Shown here: positions 42,601-60,600 of the stretch, piece by piece | How positions within the stretch are numbered: position 1 is the stretch's first letter | Layout of the letters: every line of letters begins with the position of its first letter | Origin: Eledone cirrhosa | Taxonomy: Eukaryota | Reading direction: 5' to 3' | Assembly: GCA_964016885.1 (NCBI GenBank) | Contig: OZ024742.1 | Span: 367,164,001-367,228,000 of the forward strand | Length of the DNA: 64,000 bases | Made by a program: the position numbers and the translations under genes | Notes under the pieces: model-generated | Seen by the model: only the letters and a program-made list of their open reading frames with translations | What the model was told of the DNA's origin: nothing | Database searches by the model: none

Positions 42601-45600
42601 ACACAGAATATTACAGTATACATGTACCTGAGCACATTGACAAGAATATTACAGTATACATTTACCTGAGCACATTTACACAGAATATTATAGTATACAT
42701 ATACCTGAGCACATTTACAAAGAATATTACAGTACAAATATACCTGAGCACATTTACAAAGAATATTACAGTATACATTTACCTGAGCACATTTACAAAG
42801 AATATTACAGTATACATATACCTGAGCACATTTACAAAGAATATTACAGTATACATATACCTGAGCACATTTACAAAGAATATTACAGTATAAATTTACC
42901 TGAGCACATTTATAAAGAATATTACAGTATACATATACCTGAGCACATTTACAAAGAATATTACAGTATACATATACCTGAGCACATTTACAAAGAATAT
43001 TACAGTATACATGTACCTGAGCACATTTACAAAGAATATTACAGTATACATGTACCTGAGCACATTTACAAAGAATATTACCGTATACATGTACCTGAGC
43101 ACATTTACAAAGAATATTACAGTATACATGTACCTCAGCACATTTACAAAGAATATTATAGTATACATGTACTTGGGCACATTTGCAAAGAATATATTAC
43201 AGTATACATGTACTTGGGCACATTTACAAAGAATATTACAGTATACATGTACTTGGGCACATTTACAAAGAATATTATAGTATACATGTACCTGAGCACA
43301 TTTACAAAGAATATTACAGTATACATGTACCTGAGCACATTTACAAAGAATATTGGAGTATACATGTAGCTGAGCACATTTACAAAGAATATTATATTAT
43401 ACATGTACTTGGGCACATTTACAAAGAATAATTCAGTATACATGTACTTGGGCACATTTACAAAGAATATTACAGTATACATGTATCTGAACACATTTAC
43501 AAAGAATATTACAGTATACATGTACCTGAGCACATTAACAAAGAATATTACAGTATACATGTACCTGAGCACATTTACAAAGAATATTATAGTATACATG
43601 TACCTGAGCACATTTACAAAGAGTATTACAGTATACATATACCTGAGCTCATTTACAATGAATATTACAGTATACATATACCTGAGCACATTTACAAAGA
43701 ATATTACAGTATACATGTACCTGAGCTCATTTACTAAGAATATTATAGTATACATGTACCTGAGCACATTTACAAAGAATATTACAGTATACATGTACTT
43801 GGGCACATTTACAAAGAATATTACAGTATACATGTACTTGGGCACATTAACAAGGATATTACAGTATACATGTACCTGAGCACATTTACAAAGAATATTA
43901 CAATTTACATATACCTGAGCACATTTACAAAGAATATTACAGTATACATGTACCTGAGCACATTTACAAAGAATATTACAGTATACATGTACCTGAGCAC
44001 ATTTACAAAGAATATTATAGTATACATGTACCTGAGCACATTTACAAAGAATATTACAGTATACATATACCTGAGCACATTTACAAAGAATATTACAGTA
44101 TACATGTACCTGAGCACATTTACAAAGAATATTACAGTATACATGTACCTGAGCACATTTACAAAGTATATTACAGTATACATTTACCTGAGCACATTTA
44201 CAAAGAATATTACAGTATACATGTACCTGAGCACATTTACAAAGAATATTACAGTATACATGTACTTGGGCACATTTACAAAGAATGTAACAGTATACAT
44301 GTACCTGAGCTCATTTACAAAAATATTACAGTATACATGTACTTGGGCACATTTACAAAGAATATTACAGTATACATGTACTTGGGCACATCTACAAAGA
44401 ATATTACATTATACATGTACCTGAGCACATTTACAAAGAATATTACCGTATACATGTGCTTGGGCACATTAACAAGAATATTACAGTATACATGTACCTG
44501 AGCACATTTACAAAGAATATTACAGTTTACATATACCTGAGCACATTTACAAAGAATATTACAGTATACATGTACCTGAGCACATTTATAAAGAATATTA
44601 CAGTATACATGTACCTGAGCACATCTACAAAGAATATTATAGTATACTTGTACCTGAGCACATTTACAAAGAATGTTACAGTATACATTTACCTGAGCAC
44701 ATTTACAAAGCATATTACAGTATACATGAACCTGAGCACATTTACAAACAATATTACAGTATACATGTACTTGGGCACATTTACAAAGAATATAACAGTA
44801 TACATGTACCTGAGCTCATTTACAAAAATATTACAGTATACATGTACTTGGGCACATCTACAAAGAATATTACATTATACATGTACCTGAGCACATTTAC
44901 AAAGAATATTACAGTATACATGTACCTGAGCACATTTAAAAAGAATATTACAGTATACATGTACCTGAGCACATTTACAAAGAATATTACAGTATACATG
45001 TACTTGGGCACATTTACGGAGAATATTACAGTTTACATGTACTTGGGCACATTTACAAAGAATATTACAGTATGCATGTACCTGAGCACATTTACAAAGA
45101 ATATTACAGTATACATGTACCTGAGCACATTTACAAAGAATATTATATTATACATGTACCTGAGCACATCTACAAAGAATATTACAGTATACATGTATCT
45201 GAGCACATTTACAAAGAATATTACAGAATACATTTACCTGAGCACATTTACAAAGAATATTACAGTATACATGTACCTGAGCACATTTACAAAGAATATT
45301 ACAGTATACATGTACCTGAGCACATTTACAAAGAATATTATGGTATACATGTACCTGAGCACATTTACAAAGAATATTATATTATACATGTACCTGAGCA
45401 CATCTACAATGAATATTACAGTATACATGTATCTGAGCACATTTACAAAGAATATTACCGTATACATGTACCTGAGCACATTTACAAAGAATATTACAGT
45501 ATACATGTACCTCAGCACATTTACAAAGAATATTATAGTATACATGTACTTGGGCACATTTGCAAAGAATATTACAGTATACATGTACTTGGGCACATTT

Positions 45601-48600
45601 ACAAAGAATATTATAGTATACATGTACCTGAGCACATTTACAAAGAATATTACAGTATACATGTACCTGAGCACATTTACAAAGAATATTGCAGTATACA
45701 TGTACCTGAGCACATTTACAAAGAATATTATATTATACATGTACTTGGGCAAATTTACAAAGAATAATTCAGTATACATGTACTTGGGCACATTTACAAA
45801 GAATATTACAGTATACATGTATCTGAGCACATTTACAAAGAATATTACAGTATACATGTACCTGAGCACATTTACAAAGAATATTACAGTATACATGTAC
45901 CTGAGCACATTTACAAAGAATATTATAGTATACATGTACCTGAGCACATTTACAAAGAGTATTACAGTATACATATACCTGAGCTCATTTACAATGAATA
46001 TTACAGTATACATATACATGAGCACATTTACAAAGAATATTACAGTATACATGTACCTGAGCTCATTTACTAAGAATATTATAGTATACATGTACCTGAG
46101 CACATTTACAAAGAATATTACAGTATACATTTACCTGAGCTCATTTACTAGGAATATTACAGTATACGTGTATCTGGGCACATTTACAAAGAATATTACA
46201 GTATACATATACCTGAGCACATTTGCAAAGAATATTACAGTATGCATGTACTTGGGCACATTTACAAAGAATATTACAGAATACATGTACCTGAGCACAT
46301 TTACAAAGAATATTACAGTATACATGTACCTGAGCACATTTACAAAGAATATTACAGTATACACATACCTGAGCTCATTTACAAAGAATATTACAGTATA
46401 AATGTACCTGAGCACATTTACAAATAATATTACAGTATACATGTACTTGGGCACATTTACAAAGAATATTACAGTATACATGTACCTCAGGACATTTACA
46501 AAGAATATTACAGTATACACGTACCTGAGCACATTTACAAAGAATATTACAGTATACATGTACTTGGGCACATTTACAAAGAATATTACAGTATACATGT
46601 ACCTGAGCACATTTACAAAGAATATTACAGTATACATTTACTTGGGCACATTTACAAAGAATATTACAGTATACATGTACTTGGGCACATTTACAAAGAA
46701 TATTACAGTATACATTTACTTGGGCACATTTACAAAGAATATTACAGTATACATGTACTTGGGCACATTTACAAAGAATATTACAGTATACATGTACTTG
46801 GGCACATTTACAAAGAATATTACAGTATACATGTACCTGAGCACATTTACAAAGAATATTACAGTATACATGTACCTGAGCACATCTACAAAGAATATTA
46901 TAGTATACATGTACCTGAGCACATTTACAAAGAATATTACAGTATACATGTACCGGAGCACATTTACAAAGAATATTACACTATACATGTACTTGGGCAC
47001 ATTTACAAAGAATATTACAGTATACATGTACCTGAGCACATTTACAAAGCATATTACAGTATACATATACCGGAGCACATTTACAAAGAATATTACAGTA
47101 TACATCTACCTGAGCTCAGTTACAGGGAATATTTCATTATACATGTACCTGGGCACATTTACAAAGAATATTATAGTATACATATACCTGAGCTCATTTA
47201 CAAAGAATATTATAGTATACCTGTACCTGAGCACATTTAGAAAGAATATTATAGTATACATGTACCTGAGCACATTTACAAGGAATATTACAGTATACAT
47301 ATACCTGAGCACATTTACAAAGAATATTACAGTATACATGTACCTGAGCACATCTACAAAGAATATTACAGTATACATGTACTTCGGGACATTTACAAAT
47401 AATATTACAGTATACATGTACCTGAGCACATTTACAAAGAATATTACAGTATATATGTACCTCAGCACATTTACAAAGAATATTATAGTATACATGTACT
47501 TGGGCACATTTGCAAAGTATATTACAGTATACATGTACTTGGGCACATTTACAAAGAATATTACAGTATACATGTACTTGGGCACATTTACAAAGAATAT
47601 TATAGTATACATGTACCTGAGCACATTTACAAAGAATATTACAGTATACATGTACCTGAGCACATTTACAAAGAATATTGCAGTATACATGTACCTGAGC
47701 ACATTTACAAAGAATATTATATTATACATGTACTTGGGCACATTTACAAGGAATAATTCAGTATACATGTACTTGGGCACATTTACAAAGAATATTACAG
47801 TATACATGTATCTGAGCACATTTACAAAGAATATTACAGTATACATGTACCTGAGCACATTTACAAAGAATATTACAGTATACATGTACCTGAGCACATT
47901 TACAAAGAATATTATAGTATACATGTACCTGAGCACATTTACAAAGAATATTACAGTATACATATACCTGAGCACATTTACAAAGAATATTACAGTATAC
48001 ATATACCTGAGCACATTTACAAAGAGTATTACAGTATACATATACCTGAGCTCATTTACAATGAATATTACAGTATACATATACCTGAGCACATTTACAA
48101 AGAATATTACAGTATACATGTACCTGAGCTCATTTACTAAGAATATTATAGTATACATATACCTGAGCACATTTACAAAGAATATTACAGTATACATTTA
48201 CCTGAGCTCATTTACTAGGAATATTACAGTATACGTGTATCTGGGCACATTTACAAAGAATATTATATTATACATATACCTGAGCACATTTACAAAGAAT
48301 ATTACAGTATACATATACCTGAGCACATTTACAAAGAATATTACAGTATACATTTACTTGGGCACATTTACAAAGAATATTACAGTATACATGTACTTTG
48401 GCACATTTACAAAGAATATTACAGTATACATGTACCTGAGCACATTTACAAAGAATATTACAGTATACATGTACCTGAGCACATTTACAAAGAATATTAC
48501 AGTATACACATACCTGAGCTCATTTACAAAGAATATTACAGTATATATGTACCTGAGCACATTTACAAAGAATATTACAGTATACATGTACTTGGGCACA

Positions 48601-51600
48601 TTTACAAAGAATATTACAGTATACATGTACCTCAGGACATTTACAAAGTATATTACAGTATACATGTACCTGAGCACATTTACAAAGAATATTACAGTAT
48701 ACATGTACTTGGGCACATTTACAAAGAATATTACAGTATACATGTACCTGAGCACATTTACAAAGAATATTACAGTATACATTTACTTGGGCACATTTAC
48801 AAAGAATATTACAGTATACATGTACTTGGGCACATTTACAAAGAATATTACAGTATACATGTACTTGGGCACATTTACAAAGAATATTACAGTATACATG
48901 TACCTGAGCACATTTACAAAGAATATTACAGTATACATGTACCTGAGCACATCTACAAAGAATATTATAATATACATGTACCTGAGCACATTTACAAAGA
49001 ATATTACAGTATACATGTACCGGAGCACATTTACAAAGAATATTACCCTATACATGTACTTGGGCACATTTACAAAGAATATTACAGTATACATGTACCT
49101 GAGCACATTTACAAAGCATATTACAGTATACATATACCGGAGCACATTTACAAAGAATATTACAGTATACATTTACCTGAGCTCATTTACAAGGAATATT
49201 TCATTATACATGTACCTGGGCACATTTACAAAGAATATTACAGTATACATGTATCTGAACACATTTACAAAGAATATTACAGTATACATGTACCTGAGCA
49301 CATTTACAAAGAATATTACAGTATACGTGTACCTGAGCACATTTACAAAGAATATTATAGTATACATGTACCTGAGCACATTTACAAAGAGTATTACAGT
49401 ATACATATACCTGAGCTCATTTACAATGAATATTACAGTATAGATATACCTGAGCACATTTACAAAGAATATTACAGTATACATGTACCTGAGCTCATTA
49501 ACAAGGATATTACAGTATACATGAACCTGAGCACATTTACAAAGAATATTACAATTTACATATACCTGAGCACATTTACAAAGAATATTACAGTATACAT
49601 GTACCTGAGCACATTTACAAAGTATATTACAGTATACATGTACCTGAGCACATTTACAAAGAATATTATAGTATACATGTACCTGAGCACATTTACAAAG
49701 AATATTACAGTATACATGTACCTGAGCACATTTACAAAGAATATTACAGTATACATGTACCTGAGCACATTTACAAAGCATATAACAGTATACATGTACC
49801 GGAGCACATTTACAAGGAATATTACAGTATACATTTACCTGAGCTCATTTACAAGGAATATTACATTATACATGTACCTGGGCACATTTACAAAGAATAT
49901 TATAGTATACATTTATCTGAGCTCATTTACAAAGAATATTATAGTATACATGTACCTGAGCACATTTACAAGGAATATTACAGTATACATATACCTGAGC
50001 ACATTTACAAAGAATATTACAGTATACATGTACCTGAGCACATTTACAAAGAATATTACAGTATACATGTACCTGAGCACATTTACAAAGAATATTACAG
50101 TATACATGTACCTGAGCACATTTACAAAGAATATTACAGTATACATGTACTTGGGCACATTTACAAAGAATGTAACAGTATACATGTACCTGAGCTCATT
50201 TACAAAAATATTACAGTATACATGTACTTGGGCACATTTACAAAGAATATTACAGTATACATGTACTTGGGCACATCTACAAAGAATATTACATTATACA
50301 TGTACCTGAGCACATTTACAAAGAATATTACAGTATACATGTACTTGGGCACATTAACAAGAATATTACAGTATACATGTACCTGAGCACATTTACAAAG
50401 AATATTACAGTTTACATATACCTGAGCACATTTACAAAGAATATTACAGTATACATGTACCTGAGCACATTTACAAAGCATATTACAGTATACATGTACC
50501 TGAGCTCATTTACAAAAATATTACAGTATAGATGTACTTGGGCACATTTACAAAGAATATTACAGTATACATGTACTTGGGCACATTTACAAAGAATATT
50601 ACAGTATACATGTACCTGAGCACATTTCCAAAGAATATTACGGTTTACATATACCTGAGCACATTTACAAAGAATATTACAGTATACATGTACCTGAGCA
50701 CATTTATAAAGAATATTACAGTATACATGTACCTGAGCACATCTACAAACAATATTATAGTATACTTGTACCTGAGCACATTTACAAAGAATGTTACTGT
50801 ATACATTTACCTGAGCACATTTACAAAGCATATTACAGTATACATGTACTTGGGCACATTTACAAAGAATATAACAGTATACATGTACCTGAGCTCATTT
50901 ACAAAAATATTACAGTATACATGTACTTGGGCACATCTACAAAGAATATTACATTATACATGTACCTGAGCACATTTACAAAGAATATTACAGTATACAT
51001 GTACCTGAGCACATTTAAAAAGAATATTACAGTATACATGTACCTGAGCACATTTACAAAGAATATTACAGTATACATGTATCTGAGCACATTTACAAAG
51101 AATATTACAGTATACATGTACTTGGGCACATTTACGGAGAATATTACAGTTTACATGTACTTGGGCACATTTACAAAGAATATTACAGTATACATGTACC
51201 TGAGCACATTTACAAAGAATATTACAGTATACATGTACCTGAGCACATTTACAAAGAATATTATATTATACATGTACCTGAGCACATCTACAAAGAATAT
51301 TACAGTATACATGTATCTGAGCACATTTACAAAGAATATTACAGTATACATTTACCTGAGCACATTTACAAAGAATATTACAATATACATGTACCTGAGC
51401 ACATTTACAAAGAATATTACAGTATACATGTACCTGAGCACATTTACAAAGAATATTACAGTATACATGTACCTGAGCACATTTACAAAGAATATTATAT
51501 TATACATGTACCTGAGCACATCTACAATGAATATTACAGTATACATGTATCTGAGCACATTTACAAAGAATATTACCGTATACATGTACCTGAGCACATT

Positions 51601-54600
51601 TACAAAGAATATTACAGTATACATGTACCTCAGCAGATTTACAAAGAATATTATAGTATACATGTACTTGGGCACATTTGCAAAGAATATTACAGTATAC
51701 ATGTACTTGGGCACATTTACAAAGAATATTACAGTATACATGTACTTGGGCACATTTACAAAGAATATTACAGTATACATGTACTTGGGCACATTTACAA
51801 AGAATATTACAGTATACATGTACCTGAGCACATTTACAAAGAATATTACAGTATACATGTACCTGAGCACATCTACAAAGAATATTATAATATACATGTA
51901 CCTGAGCACATTTACAAAGAATATTACAGTATACATGTACCGGAGCACATTTACAAAGAATATTACCCTATACATGTACTTGGGCACATTTACAAAGAAT
52001 ATTACAGTATACATGTACCTGAGCACATTTACAAAGCATATTACAGTATACATATACCGGAGCACATTTACAAAGAATATTACAGTATACATTTACCTGA
52101 GCTCATTTACAAGGAATATTTCATTATACATGTACCTGGGCACATTTACAAAGAATATTACAGTATACATGTATCTGAACACATTTACAAAGAATATTAC
52201 AGTATACATGTACCTGAGCACATTTACAAAGAATATTACAGTATACATGTACCTGAGCACATTTACAAAGAATATTATAGTATACATGTACCTGAGCACA
52301 TTTACAAAGTGTATTACAGTATACATATACCTGAGCTCATTTACAATGAATATTACAGTATAGATATACCTGAGCACATTTACAAAGAATATTACAGTAT
52401 ACATGTACCTGAGCTCATTAACAAGGATATTACAGTATACATGAACCTGAGCACATTTACAAAGAATATTACAATTTACATATACCTGAGCACATTTACA
52501 AAGAATATTACAGTATACATGTACCTGAGCACATTTACAAAGAATATTACAGTATACATGTACCTGAGCACATTTACAAAGAATATTATAGTATACATGT
52601 ACCTGAGCACATTTACAAAGAATATTACAGTATACATGTTCCTGAGCACATTTACAAAGAATATTACAGTATACATGTACCTGAGCACATTTACAAAGCA
52701 TATAACAGTATACATGTACCGGAGCACATTTACAAGGAATATTACAGTATACATTTACCTGAGCTCATTTACAAGGAATATTACATTATACATGTACCTG
52801 GGCACATTTACAAAGAATATTATAGTATACATTTATCTGAGCTCATTTACAAAGAATATTATAGTATACATGTACCTGAGCACATTTACAAGGAATATTA
52901 CAGTATACATATACCTGAGCACATTTACAAAGAATATTACAGTATACATGTACCTGAGCACATTTACAAAGAATATTACAGTATACATGTACCTGAGCAC
53001 ATTTACAAAGAATATTACAGTATACATTTACCTGAGCACATTTACAAAGAATATTACAGTATACATGTACCTGAGCACATTTACAAAGAATATTACAGTA
53101 TACATGTACTTGGGCACATTTACAAAGAATGTAACAGTATACATGTACCTGAGCTCATTTACAAAAATATTACAGTATACATGTACTTGGGCACATTTAC
53201 AAAGAATATTACAGTATACATGTACTTGGGCACATCTACAAAGAATATTACATTATACATGTACCTGAGCACATTTACAAAGAATATTACAGTATACATG
53301 TACTTGGGCACATTAACAAGAATATTACAGTATACATGTACCTGAGCACATTTACAAAGAATATTACAGTTTACATATACCTGAGCACATTTACAAAGAA
53401 TATTACAGTATACATGTACCTGAGCACATCTACAAACAATATTATAGTATACTTGTACCTGAGCACATTTACAAAGAATGTTACAGTATACATTTACCTG
53501 AGCACATTTACAAAGCATATTACAGTATACATGTACTTGGGCACATTTACAAAGAATATAACAGTATACATGTACCTGAGCTCATTTACAAAGATATTAC
53601 AGTATACATGTACTTGGGCACATCTACAAAGAATATTACATTATACATGTACCTGAGCACATTTACAAAGAATATTACAGTATACATGTACCTGAGCACA
53701 TTTAAAAAGAATATTACAGTATACATGTACCTGAGCACATTTACAAAGAATATTACAGTATACATGTACCTGAGCACATTTACAAAGAATATTACAGTAT
53801 ACATGTACTTGGGCACATTTACGGAGAATATTACAGTTTACATGTACTTGGGCACATTTACAAAGAATATTACAGTATACATGTACCTGAGCACATTTAC
53901 AAAGAATATTACAGTATACATGTACCTGAGCACATTTACAAAGAATATTATATTATACATGTACCTGAGCACATCTACAAAGAATATTACAGTATACATG
54001 TATCTGAGCACATTTACAAAGAATATTACAGTATACATTTACCTGAGCACATTTACAAAGAATATTACAATATACATGTACCTGAGCACATTTACAAAGA
54101 ATATTACAGTATACATGTACCTGAGCACATTTACAAAGAATATTACAGTATACATGTACCTGAGCACATTTACAAAGAATATTATATTATACATGTACCT
54201 GAGCACATCTACAATGAATATTACAGTATACATGTATCTGAGCACATTTACAAAGAATATTACCGTATACATGTACCTGAGCACATTTACAAAGAATATT
54301 ACAGTATACATGTACCTCAGCAGATTTACAAAGAATATTATAGTATACATGTACTTGGGCACATTTGCAAAGAATATTACAGTATACATGTACTTGGGCA
54401 CATTTACAAAGAATATTACAGTATACATGTACTTGGGCACATTTACAAAGAATATTATAGTATACATGTACCTGAGCACATTTACAAAGAATATTACAGT
54501 ATACATGTACCTGAGCACATTTACAAAGAATATTGCAGTATACATGTACCTGAGCACATTTACAAAGAATATTATATTATACATGTACTTGGGCAAATTT

Positions 54601-57600
54601 ACAAAGAATAATTCAGTATACATGTACTTGGGCACATTTACAAAGAATATTACAGTATACATGTATCTGAGCACATTTACAAAGAATATTACAGTATACA
54701 TGTACCTGAGCACATTTACAAAGAATATTACAGTATACATGTACCTGAGCACATTTACAAAGAATATTATAGTATACATGTATCTGAGCACATTTACAAA
54801 GAGTATTACAGTATACATATACCTGAGCTCATTTACAATGAATATTACAGTATACATATACCTGAGCACATTTACAAAGAATATTACAGTATACAAGTAC
54901 CTGAGCTCATTTACTAAGAATATTATAGTATACATGTACCTGAGCACATTTACAAAGAATATTACAGTATACATTTACCTGAGCTCATTTACTAGGAATA
55001 TTACAGTATACGTGTATCTGGGCACATTTACAAAGAATATTACTGTATACATATACCTGAGCACATTTACAAAGAATATTACAGTATACATTTACTTGGG
55101 CACATTTACAAACAATATTACAGTATACATGTACTTGGGCACATTTACAAAGAATATTACAGTATACATGTACCTGAGCACATTTACAAAGAATATTACA
55201 GTATACATGTACCTGAGCACATTTACAAAGAATATTACAATATACACATACCTGAGCTCATTTACAAAGAATATTACAGTATAAATGTACCTGAGCACAT
55301 TTACAAATAATATTACAGTATACATGTACTTGGGCACATTTACAAAGAATATTACAGTATACATGTACCTCAGGACATTTACAAAGAATATTACAGTATA
55401 CATGTACCTGAGCACATTTACAAAGAATATTACAGTATACATGTACTTGGGCACATTTACAAAGAATATTACAGTATACATGTACCTGGGCACATTTACA
55501 AAGAATATTACAGTATACATTTACTTGGGCACATTTACAAAGAATATTACAGTATACATGTACTTGGGCACATTTACAAAGAATATTACAGTATACATGT
55601 ACCTGGGCACATTTACAAAGAATATTATAGTATACATTTACCTGAGCTCATTTACAAAGAATATTATAGTATACATGTACCTGAGCACATTTAGAAAGAA
55701 TATTATAGTATACATGTACCTGAGCTCATTTACAAAGAATATTACAGTATACATGTACTTGGGCACATTTACAAAGAATATTACAGTATACATGTACTTG
55801 GGCACATTAACAAGGATATTACAGTATACATGTACCTGAGCACATTTACAAAGAATATTACAATTTACATATACCTGAGCACATTTACAAAGAATATTAC
55901 AGTATACATGTACCTGAGCACATTTACAGAGAATATTACAGTATACATGTAACTGAGCACATTTACAAAGAATATTATAGTATACATGTACCTGAGCACA
56001 TTTACAAAGAATATTACAGTATACATGTACCTGAGCACATTTACAAAGAATATTACAGTATACATGTACCTGAGCACATTTACAAAGCATATAACAGTAT
56101 ACATGTACCGGAGCACATTTACAAGGAATATTACAGTATACATTTACCTGAGCTCATTTACAAGGAATATTACATTATACATGTACCTGGGCACATTTAC
56201 AAAGAATATTATAGTATACATTTACCTGAGCTCATTTACAAAGAATATTATAGTATACATGTACCTGAGCACATTTACAAGGAATATTACAGTATACATG
56301 TACTTGGGCACATTTACAAAGAATATTACAGTATACATGTACTTGGGCACATCTACAAAGAATATTACATTATACATGTACCTGAGCACATTTACAAAGA
56401 ATATTACAGTATACATGTACTTGGGCACATTAACAAGAATATTACAGTATACATGTACCTGAGCACATTTATAAAGAATATTACAGTATACATGTACCTG
56501 AGCACATCTACAAAGAATATTATAGTATACTTGTACCTGAGCACATTTACAAAGAATGTTACAGTATACATTTACCTGAGCACATTAACAAAGCATATTA
56601 CAGTATACATGAACCTGAGCACATTTACAAACAATATTACAGTATACATGTACTTGGGCACATTTACAAAGAATATAACAGTATACATGTACCTGAGCTC
56701 ATTTACAAAAATATTACAGTATACATGTACTTGGGCACATCTACAAAGAATATTACATTAATACATGTACCTGAGCACATTTACAAAGAATATTACAGTA
56801 TACATGTACCTGAGCACATTTAAAAAGAATATTACAGTATACATGTACCTGAGCACATTTACAAAGAATATTACAGTATACATGTACTTGGGCACATTTA
56901 CAAAGAATATTATAGTATACATGTACCTGAGCACATTTACAAAGAATATTATATTATACATGTACCTGAGCACATCTACAATGAATATTACAGTATACAT
57001 GTATCTGAGCACATTTACAAAGAATATTACCGTATACATGTACCTGAGCACATTTACAAAGAATATTACAGTATACATGTACCTCAGCACATTTACAAAG
57101 AATATTATAGTATACATGTACTTGGGCACATTTACAAAGAATATTACAGTATACATGTACTTGGGCACATTTACAAAGAATATTATATTATACATGTACC
57201 TGAGCACATTTACAAAGAATATTACAGTATACATGTACCTGAGCACATTTACAAAGAATATTGCAGTATACATGTACCTGAGCACATTTACAAAGAATAT
57301 TATATTATACATGTACTTGGGCAAATTTACAAAGAATAATTCAGCATACATGTACTTGGGCACATTTAAAAAGAATATTACAGTATACATGTATCTGAGC
57401 ACATTTACAAAGAATATTACAGTATACATGTACCTGAGCACATTTACAAAGAATATTATAGTATACATGTACCTGAGCACATTTACAAAGAGTATTACAG
57501 TATACATATACCTGAGCTCATTTACAATGAATATTACAGTATACATATACCTGAGCACATTTACAAAGAATATTACAGTATACATGTACCTGACCTCATT

Positions 57601-60600
57601 TACTAAGTATATTATAGTATACATGTACCTGAGCACATTTACAAAGAATATTACAGTATACATTTACCTGAGCTCATTTACTAGGAATATTACAGTATAC
57701 GTGTATCTGGGCACATTTACAAAGAATATTACAGTATACATATACCTGAGCACATTTACAAAGAATATTACAGTATACATTTACTTGGGCACATTTACAA
57801 ACAATATTACAGTATACATGTGCTTGGGCACATTTACAAAGAATATTATAGTATACATGTACCTGAGCACATTTACAAAGAATATTACAGTATACATGTA
57901 CCTGAGCACATTTACAAAGAATATTACAGTATACACATACCTGAGCTCATTTACAAAGAATATTACAGTATAAATGTACCTGAGCACATTTACAAATAAT
58001 ATTACAGTATACATGTACCTGAGCACATTTACAAAGAATATTACAGTATACATGTACCTCAGGACATTTACAAAGAATATTACAGTATACATGTACCTGA
58101 GCACATTTACAAAGAATATTACAGTATACATGTACTTGGGCACATTTACAAAGAATATTACAGTATACATGTACCTGAGCACATTTACAAAGAATATTAC
58201 AGTATACATTTACTTGGGCACATTTACAAAGAATATTACAGTATACATGTACTTGGGCACATTTACAAAGAATATTACAGTATACATTTACTTGGGCACA
58301 TTTACAAAGAATATTACAGTATACATGTACTTGGGCACATTTACAAAGAATATTACAGTATACATGTACTTGGGCACATTTACAAAGAATATTACAGTAT
58401 ACATGTACCTGAGCACATTTACAAAGAATATTACAGTATACATGTACCTGAGCACATCTACAAAGAATATTATAGTATACATGTACCTGAGCACATTTAC
58501 AAAGAATATTACAGTATACATGTACCGGAGCACATTTACAAAGAATATTACACTATACATGTACTTGGGCACATTTACAAAGAATATTACAGTATACATG
58601 TACCTGAGCACATTTACAAAGAATATTACAGTATACATTTACCTGAGCTCATTTACAAGGAATATTTCATTATACATGTACCTGGGCACATTTACAAAGA
58701 ATATTATAGTATACATTTACCTGAGCTCATTTACAAAGAATATTATAGTATACATGTACCTGAGCACATTTAGAAAGAATATTATAGTATACATGTACCT
58801 GAGCACATTTACAAGGAATATTACAGTATACATATACCTGAGCACATTTACAATGAATATTACAGTATACATGTACCTGAGCACATTTACAAAGAATATT
58901 ACAGTATACATGTACCTGAGCACATTTACAAAGAATATTGCAGTATACATGTACCTGAGCACATTTACAAAGAATATTATATTATACATGTACTTGGGCA
59001 TATTTACAAGGAATAATTCAGTATACATGTACTTGGGCACATTTACCAAGAATATTACAGTATACATGTATCTGAGCACATTTACAAAGAATATTACAGT
59101 ATACATGTACCTGAGCACATTTACAAAGAATATTACAGTATACATGTACCTGAGCACATTTACAAAGAATATTATAGTATACATGTACCTGAGCACATTT
59201 ACAAAGAGTATTACAGTATACATATACCTGAGCTCATTTACAATGAATATTACAGTATACATATACCTGAGCACATTTACAAAGAATATTACAGTATACA
59301 TGTACCTGACCTCATTTACTAAGTATATTATAGTATACATGTACCTGAGCACATTTACAAAGAATATTACAGTATACATTTACCTGAGCTCATTTACTAG
59401 GAATATTACAGTATACGTGTATCTGGGCACATTTACAAAGAATATTACAGTATACATATACCTGAGCACATTTACAAAGAATATTACAGTATACATTTAC
59501 TTGGGCACATTTACAAACAATATTACAGTATACATGTGCTTGGGCACATTTACAAAGAATATTATAGTATACATGTACCTGAGCACATTTACAAAGAATA
59601 TTACAGTATACATGTACCTGAGCACATTTACAAAGAATATTACAGTATACACATACCTGAGCTCATTTACAAAGAATATTACAGTATAAATGTACCTGAG
59701 CACATTTACAAATAATATTACAGTATACATGTACCTGAGCACATTTACAAAGAATATTACAGTATACATGTACCTCAGGACATTTACAAAGAATATTACA
59801 GTATACATGTACCTGAGCCCATTTACAAAGAATATTACAGTATACATGTACTTGGGCACATTTACAAAGAATATTACAGTATACATGTACCTGAGCACAT
59901 TTACAAAGAATATTACAGTATACATTTACTTGGGCACATTTACAAAGAATATTACAGTATACATGTACTTGGGCACATTTACAAAGAATATTACAGTATA
60001 CATTTACTTGGGCACATTTACAAAGAATATTACAGTATACATGTACTTGGGCACATTTACAAAGAATATTACAGTATACATGTACTTGGGCACATTTACA
60101 AAGAATATTACAGTATACATGTACCTGAGCACATTTACAAAGAATATTACAGTATACATGTACCTGAGCACATCTACAAAGAATATTATAGTATACATGT
60201 ACCTGAGCACATTTACAAAGAATATTACAGTATACATGTACCGGAGCACATTTACAAAGAATATTACACTATACATGTACTTGGGCACATTTACAAAGAA
60301 TATTACAGTATACATGTACCTGAGCACATTTACAAAGAATATTACAGTATACATTTACCTGAGCTCATTTACAAGGAATATTTCATTATACATGTACCTG
60401 GGCACATTTACAAAGAATATTATAGTATACATTTACCTGAGCTCATTTACAAAGAATATTATAGTATACATGTACCTGAGCACATTTAGAAAGAATATTA
60501 TAGTATACATGTACCTGAGCACATTTACAAGGAATATTACAGTATACATATACCTGAGCACATTTACAATGAATATTACAGTATACATGTACCTGAGCAC